Made by a program: the position numbers and the translations under genes. DNA of 62,943 bases, counting the filler, from Collodictyon triciliatum (lineage: Eukaryota): assembly GCA_043381765.1 (NCBI GenBank). It is 4 parts of 4 records of this genome, joined end to end, with 100 filler letters (N's around TTAATTAATTAA, not from the genome) between each part and the next. Parts side by side here need not be neighbours in the genome. Positions count along the whole stretch, not along the records: positions 1 to 28,022 come from JBHJMP010000985.1; positions 28,123 to 55,898 come from JBHJMP010000986.1; 2 more parts are not named here. One strand, 5' to 3'. Below the pieces are notes generated by a model. It was given only the letters and a program-made list of their open reading frames with translations. It was not told the DNA's origin and did no database searches. Positions 27,692-40,191 of this stretch are shown one piece after another. Each line of letters begins with the position of its first letter. Within the stretch, counting starts at the first letter, position 1.

Positions 27692-27931
27692 ATGCAGAGA
27701 CTCCACAGCAACACAACTGTGCCGCTGCTTCGGTGCCTGCAGAAACATCCGCGTTTTCGTCCGCTCCAACTGCATACTCCAGCATTTGCCGTTCGCCGTT
27801 TCTCCCCAACCTTTGCGACACAAACGCGGCTCTTTTCCTCACAGCCAAACAGCAGCGCAGACAGAAACAGTCCGGTTGACCCACCGCCTCCACCATCCTG
27901 GGTTGATCGCTTCGCTCCAGCCTCAGTACAA
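27692..27931 (+). CDS. COQ2: First exon of a mitochondrial 4-hydroxybenzoate polyprenyltransferase (COQ2-like), truncated at contig end
   Basis: Arg-rich presequence ending RLFSS, then SWVDRFAPASVQ, the motif that precedes PY..LAR.DKPIG in COQ2/PPT1. Donor at 27932; the remainder is lost at the linker. Confidence 0.6.
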
Positions 27932-27991
27932 GTACAAAAAAAAAAAAAAAAAAAAAGAGAAAAGAAAAAAAAAATTTTTAGAAGAAGCTTC

Positions 27992-28022
<31 letters not shown>

Positions 28023-28122
28023 NNNNNNNNNNNNNNNNNNNNNNNNNNNNNNNNNNNNNNNNNNNNTTAATTAATTAANNNNNNNNNNNNNNNNNNNNNN
28101 NNNNNNNNNNNNNNNNNNNNNN
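28023..28122. other. Artificial contig linker 44N-TTAATTAATTAA-44N
   Basis: Six-frame stop spacer, exactly 100 nt, repeated identically three times in the window. Confidence 0.97.
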
Positions 28123-28380
28123 TTCTCTCTTTTTTCTCTCTTTTTTCTCTCTTTTTTCTCTCTTTTTTCTCTCTTTTTTCTCTCTTTTTTCTCTCTTTTT
28201 TCTCTCTTTTTCTCTCTTTTTCTCTCTTTTTCTCTCTTTTTTCTCTCTTTTTTCTCTCTTTTCTCTCTCTTTTTTCTCTCTTTTTTCTCTCTTTTTTCTC
28301 TCTTTTTTCTCTCTTTTTTTTCTCTTTTTTTTTCTCTTTTTTTTCTCTTTTTCTTTTCTTTTCTTTTTTTCTTTTCTTTT
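28123..28380 (+). repeat. Pyrimidine repeat (TTTTTTCTCTC)n
   Basis: Directly visible. Confidence 0.9.
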
Positions 28381-28431
28381 AACTCGTGCCCTTCTCCTTT
28401 TGTACGTGTTCCTCATAGGACCAAGATAAGG

Positions 28432-30803
28432 ATGGCTGTAGACTTTGAAGGATTGGGTCCAACCACAACTGATGCAGTGACGGGAGTAATCTTTTTCCTT
28501 TGCTTGGTTGTGTCAGTTGCGAACCTCAACCGTCATTTCGAGGAGTGGCGCTCTCCACAGATTCAGGTTCTTTTATTTATTTATTTATTATTTATTTATT
28601 ATATATTTATTATATATTTATTATATATTTATTTTTGTTTCTTTCCTTCTTCCACTATGATTTTTTTTATTTTGTTGTGTACACATCCTCCGATTGTATG
28701 TCTGAAGCTTAACTGAACTACCAGATTCTATATTCCCGGCTGATTCTACTTCCTGCGGTAAAGTATTCTCAATGCGTTTTTTTTTTTTTTTCATTTTTGG
28801 TGACATATTTTCTTGTCTTTGGTACGCAGGTCAAGAAACACCAAAATCCTGTTTGCATCTTTGTTGCACTCTAGAATTTTACTATGTGTTCGTCATCTAA
28901 CCATTCAACGAAAAAGATATTTTCGTTCACGGGTATGTTTACCGTCCTGGAAACACATTGGGGCGAATATGCGGAGATAATCCGAGGAGCGTGAGTCGTT
29001 ATTTTCTTTTCCTCTATGTCTGCCATCATTGATAAAGTGTGTGTAGTCCTATTTTGACCTATCGATCCTCGCAGATTCGAATCTTACTGTTTGTACTGCT
29101 TCTTTGCTCTCATGCTTGTATTTGGTGGCGGAGAGAAGAGAATTACAAAAGAATTAGAAGACACTGTATGTTGATATTTCATGCCAATGACTTTAATACA
29201 TAAATCTTAATTTTTTTTCATCCGACAGCAAGTATGGTATATAAATATTGTTTTGATATTACTCGCCCAATAACTACTAAATGTTCGAACATGTCTCCAG
29301 AAAATGGCTCCTGCTGAGGGCCGTGCAAAACTCTCACACGCTGGTAGACTATGCCGGTCATTTTGCCCTCCTTTTCCCACAGCAACGTCTGTTCTCATAA
29401 AATACACCATCATAAACTTCACTGCTATTTACCTTTCTTTTTTATCTTATTGTTGTTGTTATTATTATTGTTATTATTGTTATTATTGTTATTATTATTG
29501 TCATCGTTATTGTTATATATAAATTATATGTTCGGGTATTCACAGAAATAGTTTCTCAAATAGATTCTTCATGAGATTGGCTAAAATCGCATTGGTCCAA
29601 TTTATGGTTCTGAAACCTTTATTCGGACTTTTAACTGCTTACTACGTCAACCAAGACAGTGAAACAAATGATACTGGTAGCGCAGTTTTGGCTTTCAAAA
29701 TTTTGGGCTTTTTTTCGATGTTTGTATCCTTTGAAAACACGCCTTTGGTTTCATATCATGTCGAAAATCATATGTAACCTTCATTCATTTGTAAAATGAG
29801 CTAGAGCTCTGTCCTATTTTATTTCAACAGTAAGTCACATAGTTACTAATATGAGAGAAAGAGTGATTTGAGTCCATTATTATCTTTAACTATTTCCTTA
29901 GTTAGCGTTCTACTTTTTGCTCAACGTATACCTTTGCATCAAACCCCGGCTAGAAGGTTTTTCAATGCAAATATGTTGAATAAAGTAAAAGATAGTATTT
30001 CGTTAACTAGCTCTTTCATGGCGATATTTAGGATTGGGTGCTGGGACGAAATTTTTGTTGATTAAGCTCATCGTGTTCATCATCATTTTGTAAGTAATGA
30101 AATCATGGATTCTTTTAATTTTATTTTTGATTTCCAATTTAAACTGCATTATTCATTAATTGTATCGCTTGGCATCTGATTGCTTTGGTGCTTTTTATAT
30201 ATAAAACATTCTTTGTATAGTCAAGGACTTGTTGTTTCTTCCCTTGTTGACAGAGACAAGATTAATGCTAAGCATGGATTTTCTGCAGAGAAACGAGGCG
30301 AACGCATCCACGTAAACACATAAAAAAAAAATTGCTGTTTCTTTATACTACCTTTACAAAGATATCGCTCCCACCAGAGTCATCTGACTCGAAACGGTCT
30401 GAGCATCCATCCACTTAAACACTCCATTTCTAGTCTTTTCTCATCACGCTAGAGATGTTCATCTTCTCGGTCGTTTTTTGGTTTTCTTTCAGCCCCCATG
30501 ACCGCCACATCAAAGAAAGAAATCGCGCATCTGCAACTATGGCTTACAAATACTTTAAAGTACGTTAGTCTTTCAATAATTAAGCATCCTACCCATTAAG
30601 TAATTCTTGCCAACTCTATTACTTCCTCTTGTTATTACCTCAATTGAAAAAGAAAATGTATGGGTAACTATTTGGTCTCATCTCTTCAATATCCTTCTGA
30701 CTTTACGCATAACTCCCCCAAGCTTTTCGCTTTCTACGACATTCTTTACACGCCATTGGAGCCGGCCACGGTGCACACCATTGAGGAGCTTGGTGAATTA
30801 TAG
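28432..30803 (+). CDS. TMEM184/organic solute transporter alpha family protein (about 11 exons)
   Basis: Spliced product: RHFEEWRSPQIQ|ILYSRLILLPA|IFS...EIIRGA|FESYCLYCFFALM...GG, LVQFMVLKP, KFLLIKLIVFIIIFQG, FLITLEMFIFS. The simplest stop is TAG at 30801-30803. Confidence 0.88.
29724..29901 (+). other. Candidate U12-type (minor spliceosome) GT-AG intron
   Basis: Donor GTATCCTTT; branch-like TCTTTAAC ends 11 nt before the intron end. Removal gives in-frame FSMF|LAFYFLL. Confidence 0.65.
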
Positions 30804-31367
30804 AAATCTTTCATGAAGATTCTGTTTCGCTTTTTTTTTTTTCTCGTTTTCTTTGGTCAAGCAACTCCATCAATATTCGCGTCTCGCATCATGCACTACG
30901 CAGCGATGGCTTGGATGTGTGGTTGATCCCACCACCGAAAGAAAATAAACCGAGCAAAGATTCCATTTAAAGAAAACACTTGTTTCTTTGTCCACCGCTT
31001 CAGGGGCGCCGCAAATCCGGATTTTTTAGAACTTTACGTTTTTGTATGTTGTTTCTGTTTATTCAATAAAATTCATACGAAATGGGAATATGTCTATTGT
31101 CCTTTTTGATTATTTTCATTGAATATTCTGCCCTGTGTCCATAACCCCTCTTACTCCCGCAGCTGTCCGATAAGCCTCGCCCGGCGTAAACTAACGTTGT
31201 GGCATCAAAGAAGTCGGCAACAACTCGGGCGATTCGTTACTCAGTCGCACAGAAGCGCGGACGTGTCTCCATTTCATCGATTATATCGCGTTTTTATTAC
31301 AACACATACTTTCCTATGACTTTTTATGCTTGTTAATTTTATGGCTTATTTTAATCCTTTTTTTAAG

Positions 31368-32674
31368 GTCTATCAAGCGGATGTACCTGATGCTGCGCAA
31401 TTTGGTCTATTCTACGGGTGGATTGGCGTGTTTATCTTCTTTGGTAGTATCATGGTTGGTTCTATAATCTTCAAGATTATCAAGGTTTGTCTAATCTGAC
31501 ATTGAGAAAAGAATCTATGTCCTTCAATACGGATAGTGGTCTGAAAAGGGACAAATTAGCAGGATAACATGCATTCGTTTTAAAATAAAGTCGCTCGGGA
31601 TAGGTTACAAGGGCTGCTCGTGGGAACGCCCGTAATTATCGGCAATACTTTCGTCTAATGGTTCTGTGTTGCATGGTCATGTTTGTGTTTATCTTCATCT
31701 TCGCTTACCGTTTCCACATGTGGGTTGTTCGTGAGGGAATTGAGGTATTTATTTATATCGGTATATCGTTTCTATCCTTCAACCGCCTTTCTTTTGAAGC
31801 ATATTTTATACAGCATCAGCATTTGCAAATATTGTAGCTAAGGTATATGATAGTTTGTGTGTCAAATGGAGTTTGGTCTATTTCTTGCCGTTAACTTTTT
31901 CACTACCAATATTTTTTTATCTTTAGAATAGCATAGCAGATAACGTGCGCTGCCGAGGGTCTCAGTTCGATACAGAGTGTCCACCCACAAAAGAGCCTTC
32001 TTTCACTCTATGGATTCTCGGTGCCATCAGCCCTGCATCTCAAGTATGAGATAATTTATATATTCCAAGGTTGCCTACACCTTCTATTTTCAAACTGTAG
32101 AGTAACTCGTCGAATAACAGGAGGAATTCAAAACAGATTGTACAGAAGAGTGGGAGGAAAAAAGTCAAGATTTTTATTATTTCCCATTTATCTCTCGTCA
32201 CAGGGCGTTCTTGTCTTCATATTCTTCGGACTGACCGAAGAGAACTTCAAGTTGTGGAAAAGCCTCATCCTCGACGGAAACACCGGCCTTATATCTGAGC
32301 GCCTTTCATCAAAAAACAAGTCCACTGGCAGGTCCGGCATTGAGATGGAGAGACTGCGCACGTCCCCATCTGCAACAGCAAGCGGATTCAATGCTGCATC
32401 CAAGAGCGCCTCTAAGGCTACAATCTCAAAGGCAGACAGCACAGGGAAGACCTCAGGCAGCTTAGGCGAGTCTTCACCCTTGGCCGAGCAAACTCAAACT
32501 CCGCCAGCGTCTCCAACACAGCAAGACTCGTTCCAAGTATCACCTGCCGCAGACCCAAGGGAGGACGAAATGCACGCCAATCCCAGACACGGCCAAGAGA
32601 CAGCGTCTATTTCTGTAGAAGCCCACGCCAATACTGACCCTGTCCTTTCTCCGGGCCCGGTGGACTTGGACTAA
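31368..32674 (+). CDS. C-terminal half (TM5-TM7 plus tail) of a Frizzled/Smoothened-like receptor; 5' half not found
   Basis: Exons 31368-31484, 31604-31744, 31927-32043 and 32204-32674 splice in frame: FGLFYGWIGVFIFFGSIMV, RLMVLCCMVMFVFIFIFAYRF, extracellular C..C.P pair, SQGVLVFIFFGLTEENFKLWK (KTxxxW-like), then a Ser/Thr tail. Confidence 0.7.
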
Positions 32675-33740
32675 CCCCATGCATTCTTTTCTCTCCGTCC
32701 ACCAATTGGTGTAGATGAATCTTATTCTTCACTATGATTTTTTTTTTTTTTTTTTTTACTTCTCTTTTACTTCTCTGCTAGTCATTCTTTCTGCTTACAG
32801 ACGCTCTATGTCTCCCAGAGGACTCATAGAAAACAAGAAAATACGACAAACGAATGATTTATGAATACATGTCTTCTGCTATCATTTCTTTGTGTCGGTT
32901 TGTCCATCTTGCCTCCGTATTCACCCACATCACAGACGAACCCCGATGACACAATTCCCCGAGAGGAGCGGACAGCGCGTAGCGCGAGTGCCGAATATCT
33001 TAAGTTGTGACAAATATGTATATTGATTGTCAAAATTATATTATAAAAGCTCCATCAGAATCACTTAAAGCAACTAATTAATAATATGTAGTATATTCCA
33101 TATTTAGTATATTGACCTATGTCGTTTGTGGATTTTCTTACAGAGCATTTTTCAAAGAATCTTCTGCAAATGGGCATCTGTCCGTTGGCTGCACGAGCGG
33201 TTTGGTTCATTCGATCTCCCAAATAACGCGAATGATTGCACTAAAATGGTATGGACTCTCAGATTGAGGAAGCCTTTGATCAAGTCAGATTAATCCGAAT
33301 CTCGGGCGACGAGCTTGAAGCACCTTTATGCCGAAGAGAGCGAAAATACCAAGGAATAATATAAAATAATAATAATAATGATAATAATAATAATAATAAA
33401 GAGGTTTACTGGCCTGCCACACGATTCCCACTGCAAAAGCTACAAGAAGAGCATTAGAATCAGAGAGAGCTATATTTATTTTCCTCTTTTCCGACAACTC
33501 GACAAAAATCCTATGTCTGATCACTAGCACCTGCGCATCGCTGGATGCTCGCACAAAACTTGTTCATGTGCCTAACCCCTCCCATCTGGAGTTGTTTGTC
33601 AAGTTTCTGCGTTGGATAAGAAGCACATTTTTTTTATGTGGAGAGATCAAAGACATATTATTTGGCTGTTAGTGATCTGTTTTCTATCTTCCCACAGGAG
33701 AAGGGAAAAGAAAGAAAGGCTCCTTCAGTCGTGGACGCTC

Positions 33741-36700
33741 ATGTCGCAATCTCCTTCGGAAGAGCTTATTCGTAAAGTGCGTGCATCCTTTTCCCAAGTT
33801 GACACCGAGGACACCGGGCGCATCGATCTGAATGGATTTAAAAGGGTATGCAAACTCTTTTCTTTCCCGTACTTTTCAATCAATTAGGTTCGCTGTTTAA
33901 CCTCATTCAACCGGCCCTCTTTGTTGATCTCGTTACTTATTTTAAGGTGGTCATGTCCTTGTCCTTGTCATTTACGGACGGGCAAGTGGAAGAAATGATG
34001 GAAAATCTGGATGCAGGTATCTTTTAGTTCAAAAAGCATCCACGTTCATATCCTCCTGTTTGCATATGAATTCTAATTTGCTCGATTGTTTGATTTTGTG
34101 TGTTTTGTTTATTATTATTTTGTATCGGTAATAGCCTGGACATTTTTTTTTCATAAAATGAATCATAGATCAGGATGGTTACATAACCCTGGACGATTTT
34201 ATTGATGGGATATGCTCCATGGTCCAGCCAGGTTTATAATCCTATCGTCATATCTTCTTTATCTTCACACTCCTGATAAAGGATGATATTTGATGCTTCC
34301 TGTGTTGTAACTTTACCCGGACAACTTATATTCATAGCTCCAGACCGAGCATTTCCCATATCTCCCTTTCGCCCAAGAGCAAGAAAATCTCTAACAAAGG
34401 TAACTTGAATTCTGTCGTTTTATTTTTTTAAGTAATGTACCAAATCCATTGAATCAACAGCGCAATACTATCATGACAACACTCACCATCAATATTACAC
34501 AACAGGAACAAAGTGAGGAACTTAAGCGGTTAGAAGATTTCTATGAAAAGGTATCAAGTAAAGGAATCCCGTCATTCTCTCTTGAATTTTAATTATTTTT
34601 TTTACCAGCCATGCAATATGACTACCTATCTCACAGTGTTTTGGTATATTGCTCGTTAATAGCGCATCGAGCGTCTTCAGAACAAATTAATGGAGTCAGA
34701 AACTAGGGAGAGTCTTGCGGTTCAAGAAAATAATGATACGATTATTGAGAATGAATCATTAAGGAGGAAAGTTGCTAATCTTGAAAACAAGAACCGTGAA
34801 CTTGAGTCTGAGGTGTGGTGATGCGCATTAATAGTCAATTATTTTACTTTGATATGCTATTTGAGCGAGCATCACGTCTTCATGAATTAAAGCAAGTTGT
34901 ACAATCATATCAAAGATTATGAGACTTGATACTGAAGCATCCAGACTGGCAGACGAAGTTTCCATGCTTCAGAGCGCAAGTCGAAAGACTATAGAGGACA
35001 TGAAAGGTGTCTTTTTTGTTTTTTGCTCATATTTTCACACCTACTTTTATTACTTATTATTGGCACTGTATGATGGATTGCATAATTTCGCTTCAGTTTG
35101 AAATACTAGCTTTCTGGCTCATGAAAGAATACCCAATCCAGGTCAGCATGTGAGCGAAACCACACTGAAAGATAGGATTAAAGACCAGCTTACTAATGAT
35201 AAAGTGGAGCTGGAAAAAAAAGTCCAAGACATACAATTGAAATTTCGCGAGTTACAACGGACCAATGCGGATGTCAGTATATTGTTATCTCCTTTTTAAT
35301 GGGTAACTAGACAAATACTAAACGATAATCATTAAAAAAAAAATTGCCCATAGTTAAAGTCAAATTTTGAATACGTTGAAATGGAGCGTGAACAAATTCG
35401 AGTACAGTTACAACATTCTACTGTGCAAATCAGAGAACTTGAATCACAAGTACATTCTTTCTTTATTTCATTTCATTTCGTCTATTCATATTTCCAGTCA
35501 TCTTTTAATCACAGTAGTATGATTAAATGAGATTAGGAGTCCTAGTATCTCCTACTATCCTTAGAATTCGTTTATCATGCTGAAATTACCAAAAATAAAC
35601 ATAGCTACTCAAACGCGAGGCAGCTCTTCAAACATGTGAATCAGAAAAGGCCAATCTTGCCCAGAGTGTAAATACGTAAGATTCATTAAAATTTTATATT
35701 ATCATTTGCTCATAAGGTGCACTTAAAGGATTGTTTTTCAATTTCTAACTGCAATTAAACTGCTAGACATGAAGAAAAACTTGAGCGCATGAAACATGCT
35801 TTTCAGGTATTCATACATCAACGATTATTCCTACGAACGTGCTCGGCTGCTGAAGAAAAAAATATTTCCAATTAAGTTTGAATGTATCTGTCGACTTTGA
35901 CATGGGAAGCCTTATTCATTCATTTGTCATAACCATACATATATCTTTTAGGAGAGGATTCATGAATTCCAGAACATGTGTGTCACTAAGTTAGCTGAAA
36001 AGGATACCGAACTGCAGAAACTTAAAGAGGTTGAAAGGAATTATATGCACTCCAATAATCTATCACCAATTTTTCTCGTATTATTATTGTTATTATTATT
36101 GTTATTATTATTGTTATTATTATTGTTATTATTATTGTTATTATTATTGTTATTATTATTGTTATTATTATTGTTATTATTTTTGTTATTATTTTTGTTA
36201 TTATTTTTGTTATTATTTTTGTTATTATTTTTGTTATTATTTTTGTTATTATTTTTGTTATTGTTATTATTATTGTTATTATTATTGTTATTATTATTGA
36301 AAATTGTCAGAAATATGATGGATACTTCATATTGCAGGAAACCCCTTCAAACTCCAAGAACTATGGTCAACTGAGTCCTAATTTTTTTCAAGCCATCCGC
36401 AGCATCCTATCCTTTCTTAAGAAATCAACTATTTCGACCAGGTTTAGCACCTATATATCGATTATTTTATTTTCTCTGCGTCCTGGGAAATTATATATTG
36501 TTATTTTCCAATATCTTTGTGTCGATACCATATACAGTATTTCATGCAATTATGACGCTGTGGTTTATATTGTGGTTGACACATATGATTTCTGGGCTGA
36601 AGAATGACGTGCGATTGAAGGAATTTTTTATGATGTAGGGAGTCTGTTCCGGTCGACCAGAGATGGGTATCATTAGTATCGGGTTTAGAATCGGGTCTCT

Positions 36701-39700
36701 CTCTCATCGAAACTTTTGTCCATTCATCTGAATCTGAAGGGAATCCTGGCCTTTCTCAAGAGGACCATCATTCTAGTTTGTTGGCTCGCTCGGTGAGCTT
36801 TATGGAAGAATTTGAAGATTCGCTCAATCAACCCATTCTTCAACTCGCATCTGAAGGTACTTCATCTTCTTTTTTATCTTTTTTTATTGCTCATAATGCG
36901 GTAACTTTTGTTTATAATAATTTGCTATCCTCTAACTAGTGGAGGCAGATGGAATTGCGTTAAAGAAAAAGTTGGATGAAGGTCGCTCAGTCATCAAGAG
37001 TCAGCAAAAAAATGTTTGATTTAGTCCTTTCCATTATATTTTTTAATTTTCTTACCAATTATAAACTGCATAGATTACACATATGACCTCTATATGCCAA
37101 TCTATCCAAGAGCAAATGAATGAATTTAGAGATATTATCGATATTCTGTTAAAGAAACTTATATCACAGCTACCAGAGTGAGTCCTACATTAGCTTTTCT
37201 TCTTTTCTTTAAAATAAAATTAGAGGAAACATAAAACTATTCCAATCTCGTATATAAAGCTATTATATCCTCTCTAACCAATCATTGCAATGCATAGGTC
37301 TCAAGCCTACATCTCAGATGAGTCAGAGGACCCCAGCCAAGGTCATTCTGGGGCTGAATCTCTTCCATTTCACAATTTACTCAGACTCGCCCAGTCCAAT
37401 ATGAAGAATTTCAAGTTATATGGATATTACACCAAAAAGTGGCTTGCTCTCAAGATTAAGCAAGTAGAAGCCGATTCAATTTCGAGTTTCAAGCAAAGCG
37501 CGAACAGCACTCTGGACCTAAGCATGAATGGATCTACATCTTTCTCGAAGAATTCTGCAACAACTCCATCGACTTCAAACTCGGATGCTATTGCAGCTTT
37601 GGAACTAAAGAACAATATGCTGCAAAACGAAATACACGAGAAACGTAACATGATTCAAGAACTAAGAACATATGTTCAACACCAGTCCGAGAAAGAACGA
37701 CGATTGGTCAACGAAATCTCCGCTCTACAATCCCAACTTTCTGACCTGAAAAAAGACAAGATTGTAGTTGAAGAGTCTGTAAAGAGACTGTCCCTAGAAT
37801 TATCGGATGTTCAAAAGAAAGGAAATGAACTCGAAAGGAATTTGACTCATACATTCCAAGAAAATGACAGGATTGCCCTAGAAAACAAAAAAATGACCCT
37901 TCAGTTAGAAGAGTTGCAGGACCGTTTAAGATCTTTTGGTAACCCCTATGGCGGTGGTGAACTTGGTCTTGACTACGCATCTCTGGCAACGGCCTGTGGG
38001 GATATGGAGAAGGTCTTGTCAGAAAAAACTCGCCTTGTCGAACACCTTGAGGCCGAGTTGAGAAAGAGAAATGAACAGCTCTCTCAATATTCGAATATGC
38101 TACAGGAGAATATAAAGATAAAAGAAGTCATGGTAGCACAAAAGCAAGACTTGGAAGAAAAGACTATTAAAATCTCAGAGTATGAAAGTGCCTTGGAAGA
38201 GAAGAAAAGCATCATACAATCCTTGGTTCTAGGCAATGAAAAGTCATCAAGCGACCTGTCTCTACAGACTGGTAAAGTCCTATTTTTGGAGTCAAAGGTT
38301 GAAGAACTAGAATTTCTACTGTTGGAAGCACATGAAACAACTAATAGGTTAAGAGAAGATAACTATATGCTGGAAGAACAAACAAATCGGCTTTCAAACG
38401 AGCTTTATGCTCTGATACACCATCAACAAATCCTCCCTGTGCCGTCTCATCCTCCAGCCCCATCGTCTCTATTTGGTTCAACTGCAAGCCATAGCATACA
38501 ATCTAATGTCCCGCACAATCAGGGCCCTTTGGATCAAAATGGAGCTTCAAATGAAGTGTGGATTAAAAATGGTGTCAGTGACAGTCACCTCCATTCCATT
38601 GGGATATCTCCGCCTTGTAGCCCGACAGAGAATCTCAAACAAAGCATTTTGTTTAGGCCTGCATCATTTGATAATCAACTAGGAATTTATCCAAACCAAA
38701 CTTCAAAAGCTCACGATAACATGAAGAAACACGCGCCATTGCAACCCATTAAGGAAAGAGATGGAATATTCGATGTACCTGCTCAAGTTTCTGAACTAAA
38801 TCCCAATATCTATTCAAATGTTAATTATGAATCTAGTTACAACACAAAAGGATTAACTGGCCAATTTTCTGAAGCAAATACCGGCGTAAACACCCAAAAC
38901 CATATTAAATCTGGTGCTCAATACAATAGTGATGAAAGCGAGGAGACAGAGGATACTGAAACAACCCAAAGCGATACAACGGATGATGACAGTGAGGGAA
39001 GTTCCGACGTTGCAAACTCCCAGAAATCAGCATTTTTCTATCCAAGCCATCCACTACGCAGACAAAAGTACCAAAGCGAAGATGACGAAGAGGAAGAGGA
39101 TTACGATTCCTTGGAGTACAACCTAGCCTGGGCACCTGAAGAACCTACCCCAATATTCAGGCGCTCGACTCCTATTCCTTTACTTCGAATTGAAAGTGTC
39201 TTAAACCCTGAGCCCAGTAACAAGAGTGGGGCTGTTGGTGCAGGTCCTGCTGGAACTGTGAGTTCTGTGGTTCAAAACTCAACTAACGTTCCAATGAACG
39301 CATCCGTGGCTTTAGGTCAATCCTCATCGGGTGATACAAACTACGTTCCATCTGGACAATACCTGTTGGCTAAATCCCAAAGTTCTTCAGATAATGCATA
39401 CCAACCGCCACAGCATCCAACTGTCCCAAAGCTTGTGGGGTATCAAAATGCACCTGCTATGACGCAAAGCCCTCAATTCATATCACCTGCTCCAAAACCT
39501 GGGTTGTCACAATCTGTTGGTTCCTCACACACAACAGGCGTGGGCTCGAGTTCGAACCAGACATTGCTGTTTGGCTTATCTCAATCCCATGTATCTCAGC
39601 AACAGTATCAGCACCAATCCCAACAGCAATCCCAACACCAGCATCCACAATTCAATGAGCATAGCCCACCCTACGCACCAGCGCCTAGCCATTTTCCTAC

Positions 39701-39830
39701 TTTCCCACCAACACAGGGAAATCACCCAGGCCAAACTCCACCTCAGCAACACCCTTCCAATCCATCCTCGCGACCAGCTGGCAGCCTTTCTTCTCAAGGA
39801 AAGATTCCTCACGGCTCATTCCGTTACTAA
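33741..39830 (+). CDS. Large protein with two N-terminal EF-hands, long coiled coil and a low-complexity P/S/Q tail
   Basis: ATG 33741. EF loops DTEDTGRIDLNGF and DA|DQDGYITLDDF. About 16 short exons splice in frame into the 2.5 kb terminal exon (ORF 37290-39830). Confidence 0.8.
36078..36298 (+). repeat. (TTATTATTGTTA)-type intronic microsatellite
   Basis: Directly visible. Confidence 0.95.
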
Positions 39831-40064
39831 TGAGAACTGCTATTTAGTAGCCCACTTAATCTTTCCCCCATAACATCATTCCCTCTGTTTCTTATTTTCT
39901 CGCTTTCTCGCTTACTCACTTTCTCGCTTTCTCGCTTTCTCTTTGGCAATATATAGCTGGATTAAAGAAACTTTCATGAAGAAATGAAATATTGCTGTAT
40001 GTGATTGTGATTCCATCAAAGTCATTTACAAAATAACACTATACCCCTTCCTCTTTTTTTAACT

Positions 40065-40191
40065 TTTTCTTTTTCTTTTTCTTTTCCTTTTTCTTTTTCT
40101 TTTTCTTTTTCTTTTTCTTTTTCTTTTTCTTTTTCTTTTTCTTTTTCTTTTTCTTTTTCTTTTTCTTTTTCTTTTTCTTTTTCTTTTTCTT
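40065..40191 (+). repeat. (CTTTTT)n microsatellite
   Basis: Directly visible. Confidence 0.95.

Noticed and set aside
28067-28078. TTAATTAATTAA palindrome as a biological element
   Set aside because: Always centred in 44N flanks; it is a synthetic six-frame stop spacer.
34017-34148. GTATCTTT donor (also GTATCCC at 5136 and GTATCTTT at 47637) as U12-like
   Set aside because: No U12 branch consensus near the acceptors, and 47637 is not the in-frame donor.
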